A stretch of DNA of 64,000 nt from an uncultured Veillonellaceae bacterium (GCA_900314825.1 OMWS01000038.1:1200-65199), one strand, 5' to 3'; positions 28,145-36,185 are shown, counted from the stretch's first letter. The notes: generated by a model not told the origin, from the sequence alone. Numbers and translations are program-made.

Positions 28145-28202
28145 CGGGCATTCCTCCCCGCCCTAGCGCCTGCGGCGCTTGAGGACGGGGTATCCTGCCC
28201 GC
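28145..28202 (+). repeat. extended stem-loop 3' of iscB-2 (candidate IS200/IS605-type end hairpin)
   Basis: GCGGGCA...CCCCGcCCT-AGCGCC-tgc-GGCGCT-tg-AGGaCGGGG...TGCCCGC. The inner architecture CCT-AGCGnC-nnC-GnCGCT-TG-AGG is the same as the hairpin at 26465-26493. Confidence 0.45.
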
Positions 28203-28217
28203 AATTCAGATGAAATC

Positions 28218-28610
28218 ATGATGATGCTATTGCTCAAAGCGACGTTCGACTCGGGAAGCATGGCATGCCAAATGGTGCCGGATGTCATCCGCGTCGAAGA
28301 CGGGACGGACGAGAGGGAGCAATATTGCAAGATATTGGATTGCAGCCATGTAGACATCAAGCAGGAGAAAATTGACGGAAAAGAGTTTTGCGTTCTTTCG
28401 GATGCGTACGGCCATGAAGCAGGGAAATTTCCATCGTACCTTTGCGAAAGTGAAAACTGCGTCTGCTTTGGGAATGTGCTCTTTGGCCGCATTGGGGACA
28501 AAGGGAAAGAAACCAGCATTCAGAAAGGAGATATTCCTGTCCTCACGAAGCACCTGTACAAGAACGTCCAAAAGCTGAACGTTATGCAGGCGGTGAGCGA
28601 GAGGCCGTAG
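28218..28610 (+). CDS. hypothetical protein
   Basis: 130-aa ORF starting at MMMLLLK. No RBS seen and the start is uncertain. Confidence 0.35.
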   Translation: MMMLLLKATFDSGSMACQMVPDVIRVEDGTDEREQYCKILDCSHVDIKQEKIDGKEFCVLSDAYGHEAGKFPSYLCESENCVCFGNVLFGRIGDKGKETSIQKGDIPVLTKHLYKNVQKLNVMQAVSERP

Positions 28611-28658
28611 TGGAGGTCTCTTTTTTCTTGCCTTATTGATACGTTCCAAGTAAAATAA

Positions 28659-29609
28659 ATGTGGAGGCGAGGCACGTTGGATCCTAGGCAAATGGCAGAA
28701 CAAATTGTGAGCGCTCTTGACGCCCGTCACTATGATCCAATGAACGATGTTCTGTTCAAGTTCATCTTCGGAAAAGTCGAACGCAAGGACATCACGATTG
28801 ATTTTTTGAATTCTGTGTTGGAACCCTCACTGGGGCACAAGGTCAAAGACCTTCGATTTATCTCGACGGAGATGATTCCGCAGAGCGAAGAGGAGAAGCT
28901 TTCGCGCTTGGATGTTGCCTGCGAGCTCGATACGGGGGAGTTCATCGATGTCGAAGTGCAGGTCATAAATTACAACAACATGCAACGCAGGACGTTGTAT
29001 TATTGGTCGGGGCTTTATCTTTCGCGCCTTGCGAAAGGGCAGAACTATCGGAGCTTGCGTCCTGTCATCACAATCAATATCCTCGCGTTCAGGCTCTTGC
29101 CGCAAGAAGAACCGCATGCTGAATACGGCGTGTACAATCCGAAGACGGGAGACCGGCTGACAGGTGATTTGGAAATTCATTTCTTGGAAATCCCAAAATT
29201 CATCAACAAGCCCGTAAGAGAAATGACGAAGATGGAACGTTGGATGGCGTATTTCTCCGGCAAGCTTGATGCAAAAGGAAAGGAGGAGCTTGCGATGAGC
29301 GAAGCAGCAATCAACAGCGCTTATGATGCGACGATGGCGTTCTTTCAGACACCAGAGGACCGCTTGAAATATCTCAATCGGCAGATGGCCATTATGGACT
29401 ACAATTCGGGGGTGGAAAGTGCCGAAGAACGCGGCGAGAAGCGTGGCGAGAGGCGTGGCGAGAGGCGTGGCGAGGAAAAGCTTGGGAAATTAATTGGAAG
29501 GTTGCGCGAAGCTGGGCGTGTAGAGGATGCTTTCGAAGCGGCTGCGAATCCTGAACGGCGTCGCGAGCTATATGAAGAATTTGGTTTTAATAATGGAGAA
29601 ACCGAGTAA
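28659..29609 (+). CDS. Rpn-family recombination-promoting nuclease / PD-(D/E)XK putative transposase
   Basis: DPMNDVLFKFIFG...RLDVACELDTGEFIDVEVQV...YYWSGLY...ITINILAF...LEIHFLEIPKF is the typical Rpn/YhgA-like core. The start is uncertain (alternative ATG 28692). Confidence 0.7.
   Translation: MWRRGTLDPRQMAEQIVSALDARHYDPMNDVLFKFIFGKVERKDITIDFLNSVLEPSLGHKVKDLRFISTEMIPQSEEEKLSRLDVACELDTGEFIDVEVQVINYNNMQRRTLYYWSGLYLSRLAKGQNYRSLRPVITINILAFRLLPQEEPHAEYGVYNPKTGDRLTGDLEIHFLEIPKFINKPVREMTKMERWMAYFSGKLDAKGKEELAMSEAAINSAYDATMAFFQTPEDRLKYLNRQMAIMDYNSGVESAEERGEKRGERRGERRGEEKLGKLIGRLREAGRVEDAFEAAANPERRRELYEEFGFNNGETE
29433..29474 (+). repeat. 12-nt in-frame tandem repeat inside rpn
   Basis: GGCGAGARGCGT x3 plus a partial unit, encoding GEKR-GERR-GERR-GE. 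Confidence 0.8.
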
Positions 29610-29628
29610 CTCCCTCCAACCATCAGAT

Positions 29629-29765
29629 GAGGAGCTTGCGATGAGCGAAGCAGCAATCAACAGCGCTTGCGATGCAACATTTTTATTTTTTTAGTTGCCA
29701 TAAGAGCGATTGAGATATCTTGACCATGGCCATCATGGATTGCGATTCAGTTTTGGTGAAGGAAG
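29629..29765 (+). pseudogene. degraded partial second copy of the rpn 3' region
   Basis: The 40 nt at 29629-29668 are identical to 29283-29322. Weaker similarity continues (CCATAAGAGCGATTGAGATATCT..ATGGCCATCATGGAT versus 29345-29400). No intact reading frame. Confidence 0.6.
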
Positions 29766-29812
29766 CGCGCATCGACTCTTTCCTTTTGTCGATGCGCGCT
29801 TGTCTTGCTTTA
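29764..29812 (+). terminator. strong stem-loop, probable terminator
   Basis: 13-bp stem AGCGCGCATCGAC-(11 nt)-GTCGATGCGCGCT followed by TGTCTTGCTTT. Confidence 0.55.
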
Positions 29813-29959
29813 TCAGAATCGCCGTAATACCCCTGGCTTCAGCCATGGGGATATAAGGCGATGCCTTGAGCTGGCTCGATGCCAGCGAAAGGCATAATTT
29901 CTCTCCTAGTTTTCATGTATGTTTGGTATAATATTCGTATCGAAAGAAAGTGATTTGAA

Positions 29960-31066
29960 ATGGCAAATACGCGAGGATACAAGTTTCGCATCTACCCAAA
30001 CAAGACGCAACAGATGCTGATAAACCGTACGCTCGGATGCTGCCGTTTTCTCTATAATCACTTCCTGGCACTGCGGCGTGACGAGTGGAAAGCAAACCGC
30101 CGCGGAATTTACTACAAGGAATCCGCTCGTCTGATGACGGAGATGAAACGTCGCGAGGAAACGAGCTGGCTTCGCGAAGTCGATTCCATGGCGCTGCAGG
30201 AATCTCTACGAAATCTCGATAATGCATTTTTGAGATTTTTCCAAAAGATTGCCCGCTATCCGCGCTTCAAGTCAAAGCATCGCCATGCGCAGAGCTATCG
30301 CACGCGGAACCAATCAAATGGTATTCGTCTTGTTGATGGAAAGCTCAAACTCCCGAAAATCGGGTTTGTCCGCATTCGCCTGTCCCGCACGTTCGATGGT
30401 AAGATCACCAATGCTACAGTATCCCGTACGGCATCCGGCAAGTATTTCGTCTCGCTGTGCGTCGAGGAAAATGTCTCGTTCGCGCCGTGCGGCACGGGCA
30501 AGGTCGGCATTGATGTCGGTCTCAAGGAGTTCTACTCCGACAGCAATGGCAATACCGTAGAAAACCCGCGCCTGATTCGCTGCTTCCAGAGGAAGCTACG
30601 TCGCGAGCAGCGTCGTCTTTCGCGCAAGATGCCGCATTCTCGCAACCGCGACAAGCAACGCATCCGTATTGCCAAAGTTCATGAGCGCATCAAGAACATC
30701 CGTCGGGATTTCCAGCAGAAGCTCACGACACAGCTGATCAACGAAAACCAAGTGATCGCTGTAGAGCACCTGAAAATCTCTGGCATGCTCAAGAATCGCA
30801 AGCTCGCGAAGGCGATTTCCGATGCCAGTTGGTACGAGTTCTTCCGGGAGCTTGGATACAAGGCAGTTTGGCGGGGCGCGCAAGTTTTGAAGGTAGATAC
30901 GTTCTATCCGTCCAGTCAGACTTGCGGAAACTGCGGCTACAAGAACCCGCTTGTGAAGAACCTGTCGGTTCGCGAATGGACGTGTCCGGAATGCGGCACG
31001 CACCACAATCGAGACATCAACGCCGCGAAGAACATCCTGGCGAAAGCACTTGAGCAAGTAGCCTGA
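29960..31066 (+). CDS. tnpB: TnpB RNA-guided endonuclease (IS605 OrfB family)
   Basis: [17 protein letters not shown]; RuvC D in GIDVGLKEF; E in [12 protein letters not shown]; zinc finger CGNCGYKN...[18 protein letters not shown]. Confidence 0.9.
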   Translation: MANTRGYKFRIYPNKTQQMLINRTLGCCRFLYNHFLALRRDEWKANRRGIYYKESARLMTEMKRREETSWLREVDSMALQESLRNLDNAFLRFFQKIARYPRFKSKHRHAQSYRTRNQSNGIRLVDGKLKLPKIGFVRIRLSRTFDGKITNATVSRTASGKYFVSLCVEENVSFAPCGTGKVGIDVGLKEFYSDSNGNTVENPRLIRCFQRKLRREQRRLSRKMPHSRNRDKQRIRIAKVHERIKNIRRDFQQKLTTQLINENQVIAVEHLKISGMLKNRKLAKAISDASWYEFFRELGYKAVWRGAQVLKVDTFYPSSQTCGNCGYKNPLVKNLSVREWTCPECGTHHNRDINAAKNILAKALEQVA

Positions 31067-31201
31067 CCAATACACAGAACATACCGTGGGACACACGGAA
31101 ATCTACGCTCGGGAAGATTGCATAAGACGAGAGAAGCCAAGGCTTAAGCGCAGCGGTCGTCGAACCGAGAATCCCCCGGCTTTAGCCGTGGGGAGTGTCA
31201 A
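31000..31201 (+). ncRNA. candidate TnpB omegaRNA/reRNA scaffold (5' boundary unknown)
   Basis: In characterised TnpB systems the guide RNA scaffold overlaps the tnpB 3' end and runs to the RE boundary. Here that region contains the RE hairpin and ends at ...GAGTGTCAA. The guide would be the next 16-20 nt, GTCCATCGAAAAAGTGAAAG. Confidence 0.45.
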
Positions 31202-31214
31202 GTCCATCGAAAAA

Positions 31215-31667
31215 GTGAAAGCATATTTTGAAAGTATCGGCGAAGCGGAACGCATCCTGACGTTCGATGAATCAACGGCGACGGTACAGCTTGCAGCCGA
31301 AGCGCTCGGCGTGACGCCGGGGCATATCGCGAAAACACTATCGTTCCTCGTGGACGGGAAGCCGCTGCTCATTGTGCTCGCCGGTGACGCCCGCATGGAC
31401 AACCACAAATTCAAAGAAGCGTTCCAGAAGAAGGGACGCATGATTCCTGCATCTGATGTGGAAGCGCTCGTCGGCCATGCGCCTGGTGGCGTTTGTCCGT
31501 TCTGTGTGAAGGAGGACGTTCCGGTGTATCTCGACATCTCTCTTCAGGAATACGAGACAGTGTATCCAGCTGCCGGCGATGACCATAGCGCCGTTCGCAT
31601 GACGCCGAAAGAGCTTTGTGTGTTTGCCCATGCCGTAGGATGGGTAGATATCCACAAGGAAGTATAA
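31215..31667 (+). CDS. YbaK/EbsC-family (aminoacyl-tRNA editing domain) protein; native start apparently disrupted by the IS
   Basis: IEKVKAYFESIGEAERILTFDESTATVQLAAEALGV...GGVCPF... is typical of the YbaK/ProX family. The ORF-track start 31086 lies inside the IS right end. GTG 31215 is the first start candidate outside the IS. Confidence 0.6.
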   Translation: MKAYFESIGEAERILTFDESTATVQLAAEALGVTPGHIAKTLSFLVDGKPLLIVLAGDARMDNHKFKEAFQKKGRMIPASDVEALVGHAPGGVCPFCVKEDVPVYLDISLQEYETVYPAAGDDHSAVRMTPKELCVFAHAVGWVDIHKEV

Positions 31668-31692
31668 AGGCACTTGTTAGAGTAGAATGCTT

Positions 31693-32202
31693 TCATTGTG
31701 AGATGGTCTTCTGTTTTTTTGATAACGACAATATCTTCAACAAAAGCTTATTGGGGCTTTTAAAAAAAATATTTTCCAAATCGCTCTCTGCACTGTTGGG
31801 TATACGATTGATTACGTTTCCGTCTCCGTGAGCCAATCCGTTTCGGATGGTTACGAGATTTAGCCCATTGATTGTGATATTGGTAAAGTTTTTGCACAAG
31901 TCGATAAATTGATCAACGTCATCACCAAGGAATTCGGTGAATTTTTCTATTGACATGCATTTTCTCATACCATCGCTTGAATTTATGAAAATAGCAAAAA
32001 ACTTTATGTTGCCAAGAGAAAAATAATGCTTTCCTATCAGTATATCGTTTATTAATTTGTATCGTTGCGACCGGCATTCCATAGATGAAAGATCATCTGA
32101 AAATTTATCTTGAAATGGCACAATGAACTGTGCAGAGAATTCTTGCTCCAGTGTTGTGAACAGATGCATCAGTATGTATTTTGAAATATTGTTTTTTACC
32201 AT
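31693..32202 (-). CDS. hypothetical protein with HEPN-like Rx4H motif, in an AT-rich islet
   Basis: 169 aa in a markedly AT-rich stretch (by eye, GC not computed). TIRNGLAHGDGN fits the Rx4-6H motif of HEPN/Abi-type RNases. Nothing else was recognised. Confidence 0.35.
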   Translation of the reverse strand: MVKNNISKYILMHLFTTLEQEFSAQFIVPFQDKFSDDLSSMECRSQRYKLINDILIGKHYFSLGNIKFFAIFINSSDGMRKCMSIEKFTEFLGDDVDQFIDLCKNFTNITINGLNLVTIRNGLAHGDGNVINRIPNSAESDLENIFFKSPNKLLLKILSLSKKQKTISQ

Positions 32203-32358
32203 CTGGAGTAATTTTTGTGAAGTAAGAAGGGAAATCCACTATCTACGGCGAATGGATAAATGCGAGTAATTAGACGCAAATCAAGGATTCTGGCGGGTGC
32301 AGAAAACCCATGGTTTTTCTGCAGTCGGAAGATTTTTCTTACGAGCGGAGGAAATCGT

Positions 32359-32985
32359 GTGAACACATATATAAAACGATGGCTTTGTCTGGCTGCCGCA
32401 GGCGCGGCCATCTATCTTGCGCCGATGACGGCAGCTTCCGCAAGCGGCGGGGCTATAGACGAGACAAATCTCACCTTGGAAGAAGCTATCGGCATGGCGC
32501 TTCAGTCGAACCGTGCCATTGAGCAAGCGGCGGACGACCGGGAGGCGGCGAAGTGGGAACTTTCCGAGGCGCGCCGGAATTTCGGCCCCAAGTTCACTTG
32601 GCAGATGTCGGGGATGCGTATTGGCGGGCGTTCCTACGACAGCGCCCGCCAAAACCATGATCTCTACGGTACGCCGCCCTACGACAGCGAATTTACCAAC
32701 CAATTCCAGGCAAGCCTGCCCGTATATAGCGGCGGGAAACTGGAGAACCGGAAAAAGGCCGCCGAAGCCGGGCTTTACGGCGCAGACCTCACGGCGGAGA
32801 ACACGGCAGAGACCGTGGCCTATCGGACAAAAGCGGCTTATTACCGCGTTATCCAGTGCCAAAATCTCATTACCGCACATGAGGAAGCCGTTCGCAATTT
32901 GGAGGAACACTTAAATGTCGTGCGTACCCAATACGAAATCGGCACGGCGGCGCAGTCGGCGATACGGAAGATTTTTGGACAGTGA
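32359..32985 (+). pseudogene. TolC-family outer-membrane factor, N-terminal half only
   Basis: GTG after GGAGGAAA. Signal peptide KRWLCLAAAGAAIYLAPMTAASA, then TolC-like LTLEEAIGMALQSNRAIEQAADDREAAKWELSEARR...TAENTAETVAYRTKAAYYRVIQ...TQYEIGTA. It ends after about 208 aa; full-length proteins are about 420-450 aa. Confidence 0.55.
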
Positions 32986-33004
32986 TTTTTGAGGAGGCTT
33001 CAAT

Positions 33005-33241
33005 ATGGCAAACATCAACAAAAACGAACTGACGAAAGAGCAAATCGAAAAGGCGATGGCCTGCGAGACCGCTGGGGAACTGATGGCGGCGGCAAAGGTC
33101 GAGGGCATCAATCTGACGAAGGACGAGGCCGAGGCGTACATGGCGGAGCTTGCCGATTTCGAGCTGGACGAGGCGACGCTTACACAGGCGGCGGGCGGCG
33201 GTTTTTCGCAATGGTCGGGTTGTCTCACTGTTCGCAAATAA
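33005..33241 (+). CDS. RiPP precursor A1 (Nif11-like leader, GG site); core GFSQWSGCLTVRK
   Basis: Leader MANINKNELTKEQIEKAMACETAGELMAAAKVEGINLTKDEAEAYMAELADFELDEATLTQAAGG. RBS GAGGAGG. Confidence 0.85.
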   Translation: MANINKNELTKEQIEKAMACETAGELMAAAKVEGINLTKDEAEAYMAELADFELDEATLTQAAGGGFSQWSGCLTVRK

Positions 33242-33289
33242 GAACAGATACTGCTATCACATTGGATATTTCAAAGGGAGGTTTTCAAA

Positions 33290-33544
33290 ATGGCAAACAT
33301 CAACAAGAACGAACTGACGAAGGAGCAGATCGAAAAGGCGATGGCGTGCGAGACCGCCGAGGAGCTGATGGCGGCGGCGAAAGCCGAGGGCATCGACCTG
33401 ACGCGGGACGAGGCGGAGGCATACATGGCGGAGCTTGCCGACTTTGAGCTGGACGATAAGACGTTGCAACAGGCGGCGGGGGGCATGAGCTACAGCGACT
33501 TTTTTGGGAAAGGCTGCCCTAACCTGAAGCTTAAAGGTTTCTAA
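33290..33544 (+). CDS. RiPP precursor A2; core MSYSDFFGKGCPNLKLKGF
   Basis: Near-identical leader ending QQAAGG. RBS GGGAGG. Confidence 0.85.
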   Translation: MANINKNELTKEQIEKAMACETAEELMAAAKAEGIDLTRDEAEAYMAELADFELDDKTLQQAAGGMSYSDFFGKGCPNLKLKGF

Positions 33545-33562
33545 AAAACGGAGGTTTTCAAC

Positions 33563-33799
33563 ATGGCAAACATCAACGAAAACGAACTCACGAAAGAGCA
33601 GATCGCAAAGGCAATGGCCTGCGAGACCGCTGGGGAACTGATGGCGGCGGCAAAGGTCGAGGGCATCAATCTGACGAAGGACGAGGCCGAGGCGTATATG
33701 GCGGAACTTGCCGACTTCGAGCTGGATGAGGCGACGATGAAACAGGTGGCCGGAGGTTATTGCCATCGTACCTCGCCGTGCGGCAAGGTATTTTCCTAA
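33563..33799 (+). CDS. RiPP precursor A3; core YCHRTSPCGKVFS
   Basis: Near-identical leader ending KQVAGG. RBS ACGGAGG. Confidence 0.85.
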   Translation: MANINENELTKEQIAKAMACETAGELMAAAKVEGINLTKDEAEAYMAELADFELDEATMKQVAGGYCHRTSPCGKVFS

Positions 33800-33819
33800 A
33801 CAAAACGGAGGTTTTCAAA

Positions 33820-34137
33820 ATGGCAAAGATAAACGAGAACGAACTGACAAAAGAACAAATCGAAAAGGCTATGGCTTGCGAAACCGCCGAGGAGCTGATG
33901 GCGCTGGCAAAGGCAGAGGGCGTCGAGCTCACGAAGGATGAGGCCGAGGCGTACATGGCGGAGCTGGCCGACTTCGAGCTGGACGAGGGGTCACTGAAAC
34001 AGGCGGCGGGCGGTACGCCCCCCGGAATAACCCTGATCTGCAAGAAACGAGATTTTCTGGAATGCGGCGGGCGGTACGCCCCCGGAATAATGCCCGGTAA
34101 GACCGCCTGCGGAGACAAGGGCAAAAGCAAATGGTAA
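33820..34137 (+). CDS. RiPP precursor A4; long, apparently chimeric core TPPGITLICKKRDFLECGGRYAPGIMPGKTACGDKGKSKW
   Basis: Leader MAKINENELTKEQIEKAMACETAEELMALAKAEGVELTKDEAEAYMAELADFELDEGSLKQAAGG. ATG 33820 follows ACGGAGG. See the finding on the internal duplication. Confidence 0.8.
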   Translation: MAKINENELTKEQIEKAMACETAEELMALAKAEGVELTKDEAEAYMAELADFELDEGSLKQAAGGTPPGITLICKKRDFLECGGRYAPGIMPGKTACGDKGKSKW

Positions 34138-34176
34138 AAAGCATCATCAGCGATATCGAAACAGGAGAGCCGACGC

Positions 34177-35709
34177 ATGAGAAAAAGCATCTACGAGATA
34201 ATTCTGCCCTTGGTAGGGGAGGATGACAGGGAAATCGAGGGTAAAGCCCTGCTGGTGAACGGGCTGTATTCTTCTTTTGACGTAGTAGCAAAGGAAGAAG
34301 CGGAAAAATTCGCGGCGGGGGATTTTGCCGCCCTTCCCCTTGCCCTGCGGGAGCGGCTGCTCCTCCGGGGGCATCTCACCCGCAGGAGCGAGGCGGAGGA
34401 AATCGCCGACATGAAGCTCATGGGCCGTGTCTATCGCATGATTCCGGCCCGTGCAGGTCTGGGAGTTGTCATCATGCCCACCTACGACTGCAATTTCCGC
34501 TGCCCCTACTGCTTCGAGCAGCACAGGCTGAAAAAGGGGCAGGAGTGGCTCTCAAGCACCATGAGCCACGAGATGATCGAGGCGGTATTTGCCGCCATAG
34601 AGAATTACAAAGCCAGGGGGTACGCCCTTGGGGGCTGTACCCTCTACGGCGGCGAGCCTTTCCTGGCCGAAAACATCGATGTCCTGCGGGAAATTGCCGG
34701 GCACGCCCAAAAGCTCGGCCTCGCCCTGGACGCCGTCACCAATGGCTACGACCTTGAAGCCTATCTGGATTTTCTGGAGGAGTACGGCTGCAAGCAGCTT
34801 CAGGTGACGGTGGACGGCGTGGGGGAGATCAATGACCGTCGGCGCATCCATAAGGAGGGCCTGCCCACCTATGACCGCATACTGGGCAATGTGGAGCTTG
34901 CCCTGCAGCGGGGCATATCCATCAGCCTGCGGGTGAACGTGGGACGCGAAAATATCTCCGGCATGGGGGCGCTTATCGAAGACCTGCGGGAGCGGGGCTT
35001 CATAGACAAGGAGAAGAAGCGTGCAGTATTTTCCTATTACTTCAAGGCCACCAGCGATGACCGCCATCCCGAAAATAACATCACCGAGCAGGACATCATT
35101 GATGAGCTGAGGAAAAACGGCTTCACAGCCATGGAAGCCATCGGGCTGCAGAGCCAGTACAGCTTGCCGGAGGGGGCACTCAGGCAGATTTTTGCCAAGA
35201 AAGCGCTGCCCCAGCCCTCCCCTGCATACTGCGGCTCGGAGGGTGGGATGCTGGTCATCGACCCCTTCGGCAAGCTCTATCCTTGCTGGGATGTGGTGGC
35301 TACGGAGGGCACTGCCGTGGGCTTCACCGACCTGCAGTCGGGGCGTTTCCTGATGGGGCTCACAAAGGCGAAGTGGCGCACCCGCACTTCGGATCTCCTG
35401 CCCGCCTGTGAGACCTGCCCCTATGTGTTCATTTGCCGGGGCGGCTGCGCTTCCCGCGCCTTTGCCAGCCACGGGAGCTATTTCCGGGAATACTGCGGCG
35501 AGGCCAAGGAAATCTTCGCCTTTGTGGCTTCCCGGGTGGCGGGGGAGACCTGGGCGAAGAACCACGAGAGCGAGCTTTCCCTCTCTCTGGCTGGCCCTCT
35601 CTCCCGCCTGACGGAGGCGGAGCGCAGGACGCTTACAGAGTCCCGCAGCCAGAAGGAAATCTTTGATTGCCTCAAGGCGGCGGGACTTTGGGAGGAAAGC
35701 AGGAAATAA
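34177..35709 (+). CDS. radical SAM/SPASM peptide maturase (rSAM-1)
   Basis: MPTYDCNFRCPYCFE (CxxxCxxC), YGGEPF, and SPASM cysteines CGSEGGMLVIDPFGKLYPCWD...CETCPYVFICRGGCASRA. Paralog of the protein at 60229. Confidence 0.9.
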   Translation: MRKSIYEIILPLVGEDDREIEGKALLVNGLYSSFDVVAKEEAEKFAAGDFAALPLALRERLLLRGHLTRRSEAEEIADMKLMGRVYRMIPARAGLGVVIMPTYDCNFRCPYCFEQHRLKKGQEWLSSTMSHEMIEAVFAAIENYKARGYALGGCTLYGGEPFLAENIDVLREIAGHAQKLGLALDAVTNGYDLEAYLDFLEEYGCKQLQVTVDGVGEINDRRRIHKEGLPTYDRILGNVELALQRGISISLRVNVGRENISGMGALIEDLRERGFIDKEKKRAVFSYYFKATSDDRHPENNITEQDIIDELRKNGFTAMEAIGLQSQYSLPEGALRQIFAKKALPQPSPAYCGSEGGMLVIDPFGKLYPCWDVVATEGTAVGFTDLQSGRFLMGLTKAKWRTRTSDLLPACETCPYVFICRGGCASRAFASHGSYFREYCGEAKEIFAFVASRVAGETWAKNHESELSLSLAGPLSRLTEAERRTLTESRSQKEIFDCLKAAGLWEESRK

Positions 35710-35896
35710 AAGCTCCGGTGACAGTTCCGTAACGGGAGGTTTCCTGCTCGCCCGGTCAAGTGCTTTGCAAAATGCGGGCCGCAGGGAAGAAAAAAGCCGA
35801 CGGCTGACGGCATCACAAGGCGGAATTTGCGCCGTAAGACATAAATGCCGCCTTTGAAGCATAAATCATATTATTGAGCAAAGGGAGAAAATTACA

Positions 35897-36166
35897 ATGA
35901 ACACCAATGGCAAAGAAATCTCTAAGGAAATTATCGCCAAGGCAGTGGAGTGTGAAACCCCCGAAGAGCTGATGGAGCTGGCGGAAAGCGAGGGCATCGA
36001 ACTGACGAAGGATGAGGCCGAGGCGTACATCTCGGAGCTGGCGGACGCGGAGCTCACCGACGCGGAGCTGCAGCAGGTGGCGGGCGGCGATGATGAATGC
36101 AAAGGCTACTGGAAAGGATGCTATGGTCATTGCCCCCAGGTTAAACAGACGGGCGGCATATTTTAA
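35897..36166 (+). CDS. RiPP precursor B1; core DDECKGYWKGCYGHCPQVKQTGGIF
   Basis: Leader ...AVECETPEELMELAESEGIELTKDEAEAYISELADAELTDAELQQVAGG. Confidence 0.8.
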   Translation: MNTNGKEISKEIIAKAVECETPEELMELAESEGIELTKDEAEAYISELADAELTDAELQQVAGGDDECKGYWKGCYGHCPQVKQTGGIF

Positions 36167-36185
36167 CAATAATGAGGTGTTTACA

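Larger units (their letters stand above)
29814..31201 (+). mobile_element. IS200/IS605-family element carrying tnpB only (no tnpA)
   Basis: LE hairpin CCCCTGGC-ttca-GCCAtGGGG (29830-29850) and RE hairpin CCCCCGGC-ttta-GCCGtGGGG (31173-31193). Both have the same bulged T and a compensatory T-A versus C-G pair. The RE ends ...GTGTCAA. Exact ends are inferred. Confidence 0.7.

Noticed and set aside
28611-28640. Possible terminator after the 28218..28610 ORF (…GAGAGGCCgtagtGGAGGTCTCTTTTTT).
   Set aside because: Only about 4 bp can pair convincingly. The T tract alone is not enough support.
31086-31214. GTG 31086 as the true start of the ybaK-like gene.
   Set aside because: These 37-43 codons are the right end of the IS element (hairpin and TCAA terminus) and are Arg-rich and non-YbaK-like. 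A fusion translation cannot be excluded, but it is not the native N-terminus.
33005-33241. Reading the Nif11-like small proteins as nitrogen-fixation accessory proteins.
   Set aside because: There is no nif context. They end in GG followed by short variable cores, and they are flanked by rSAM maturases and a C39-ABC exporter, so they are leader peptides.
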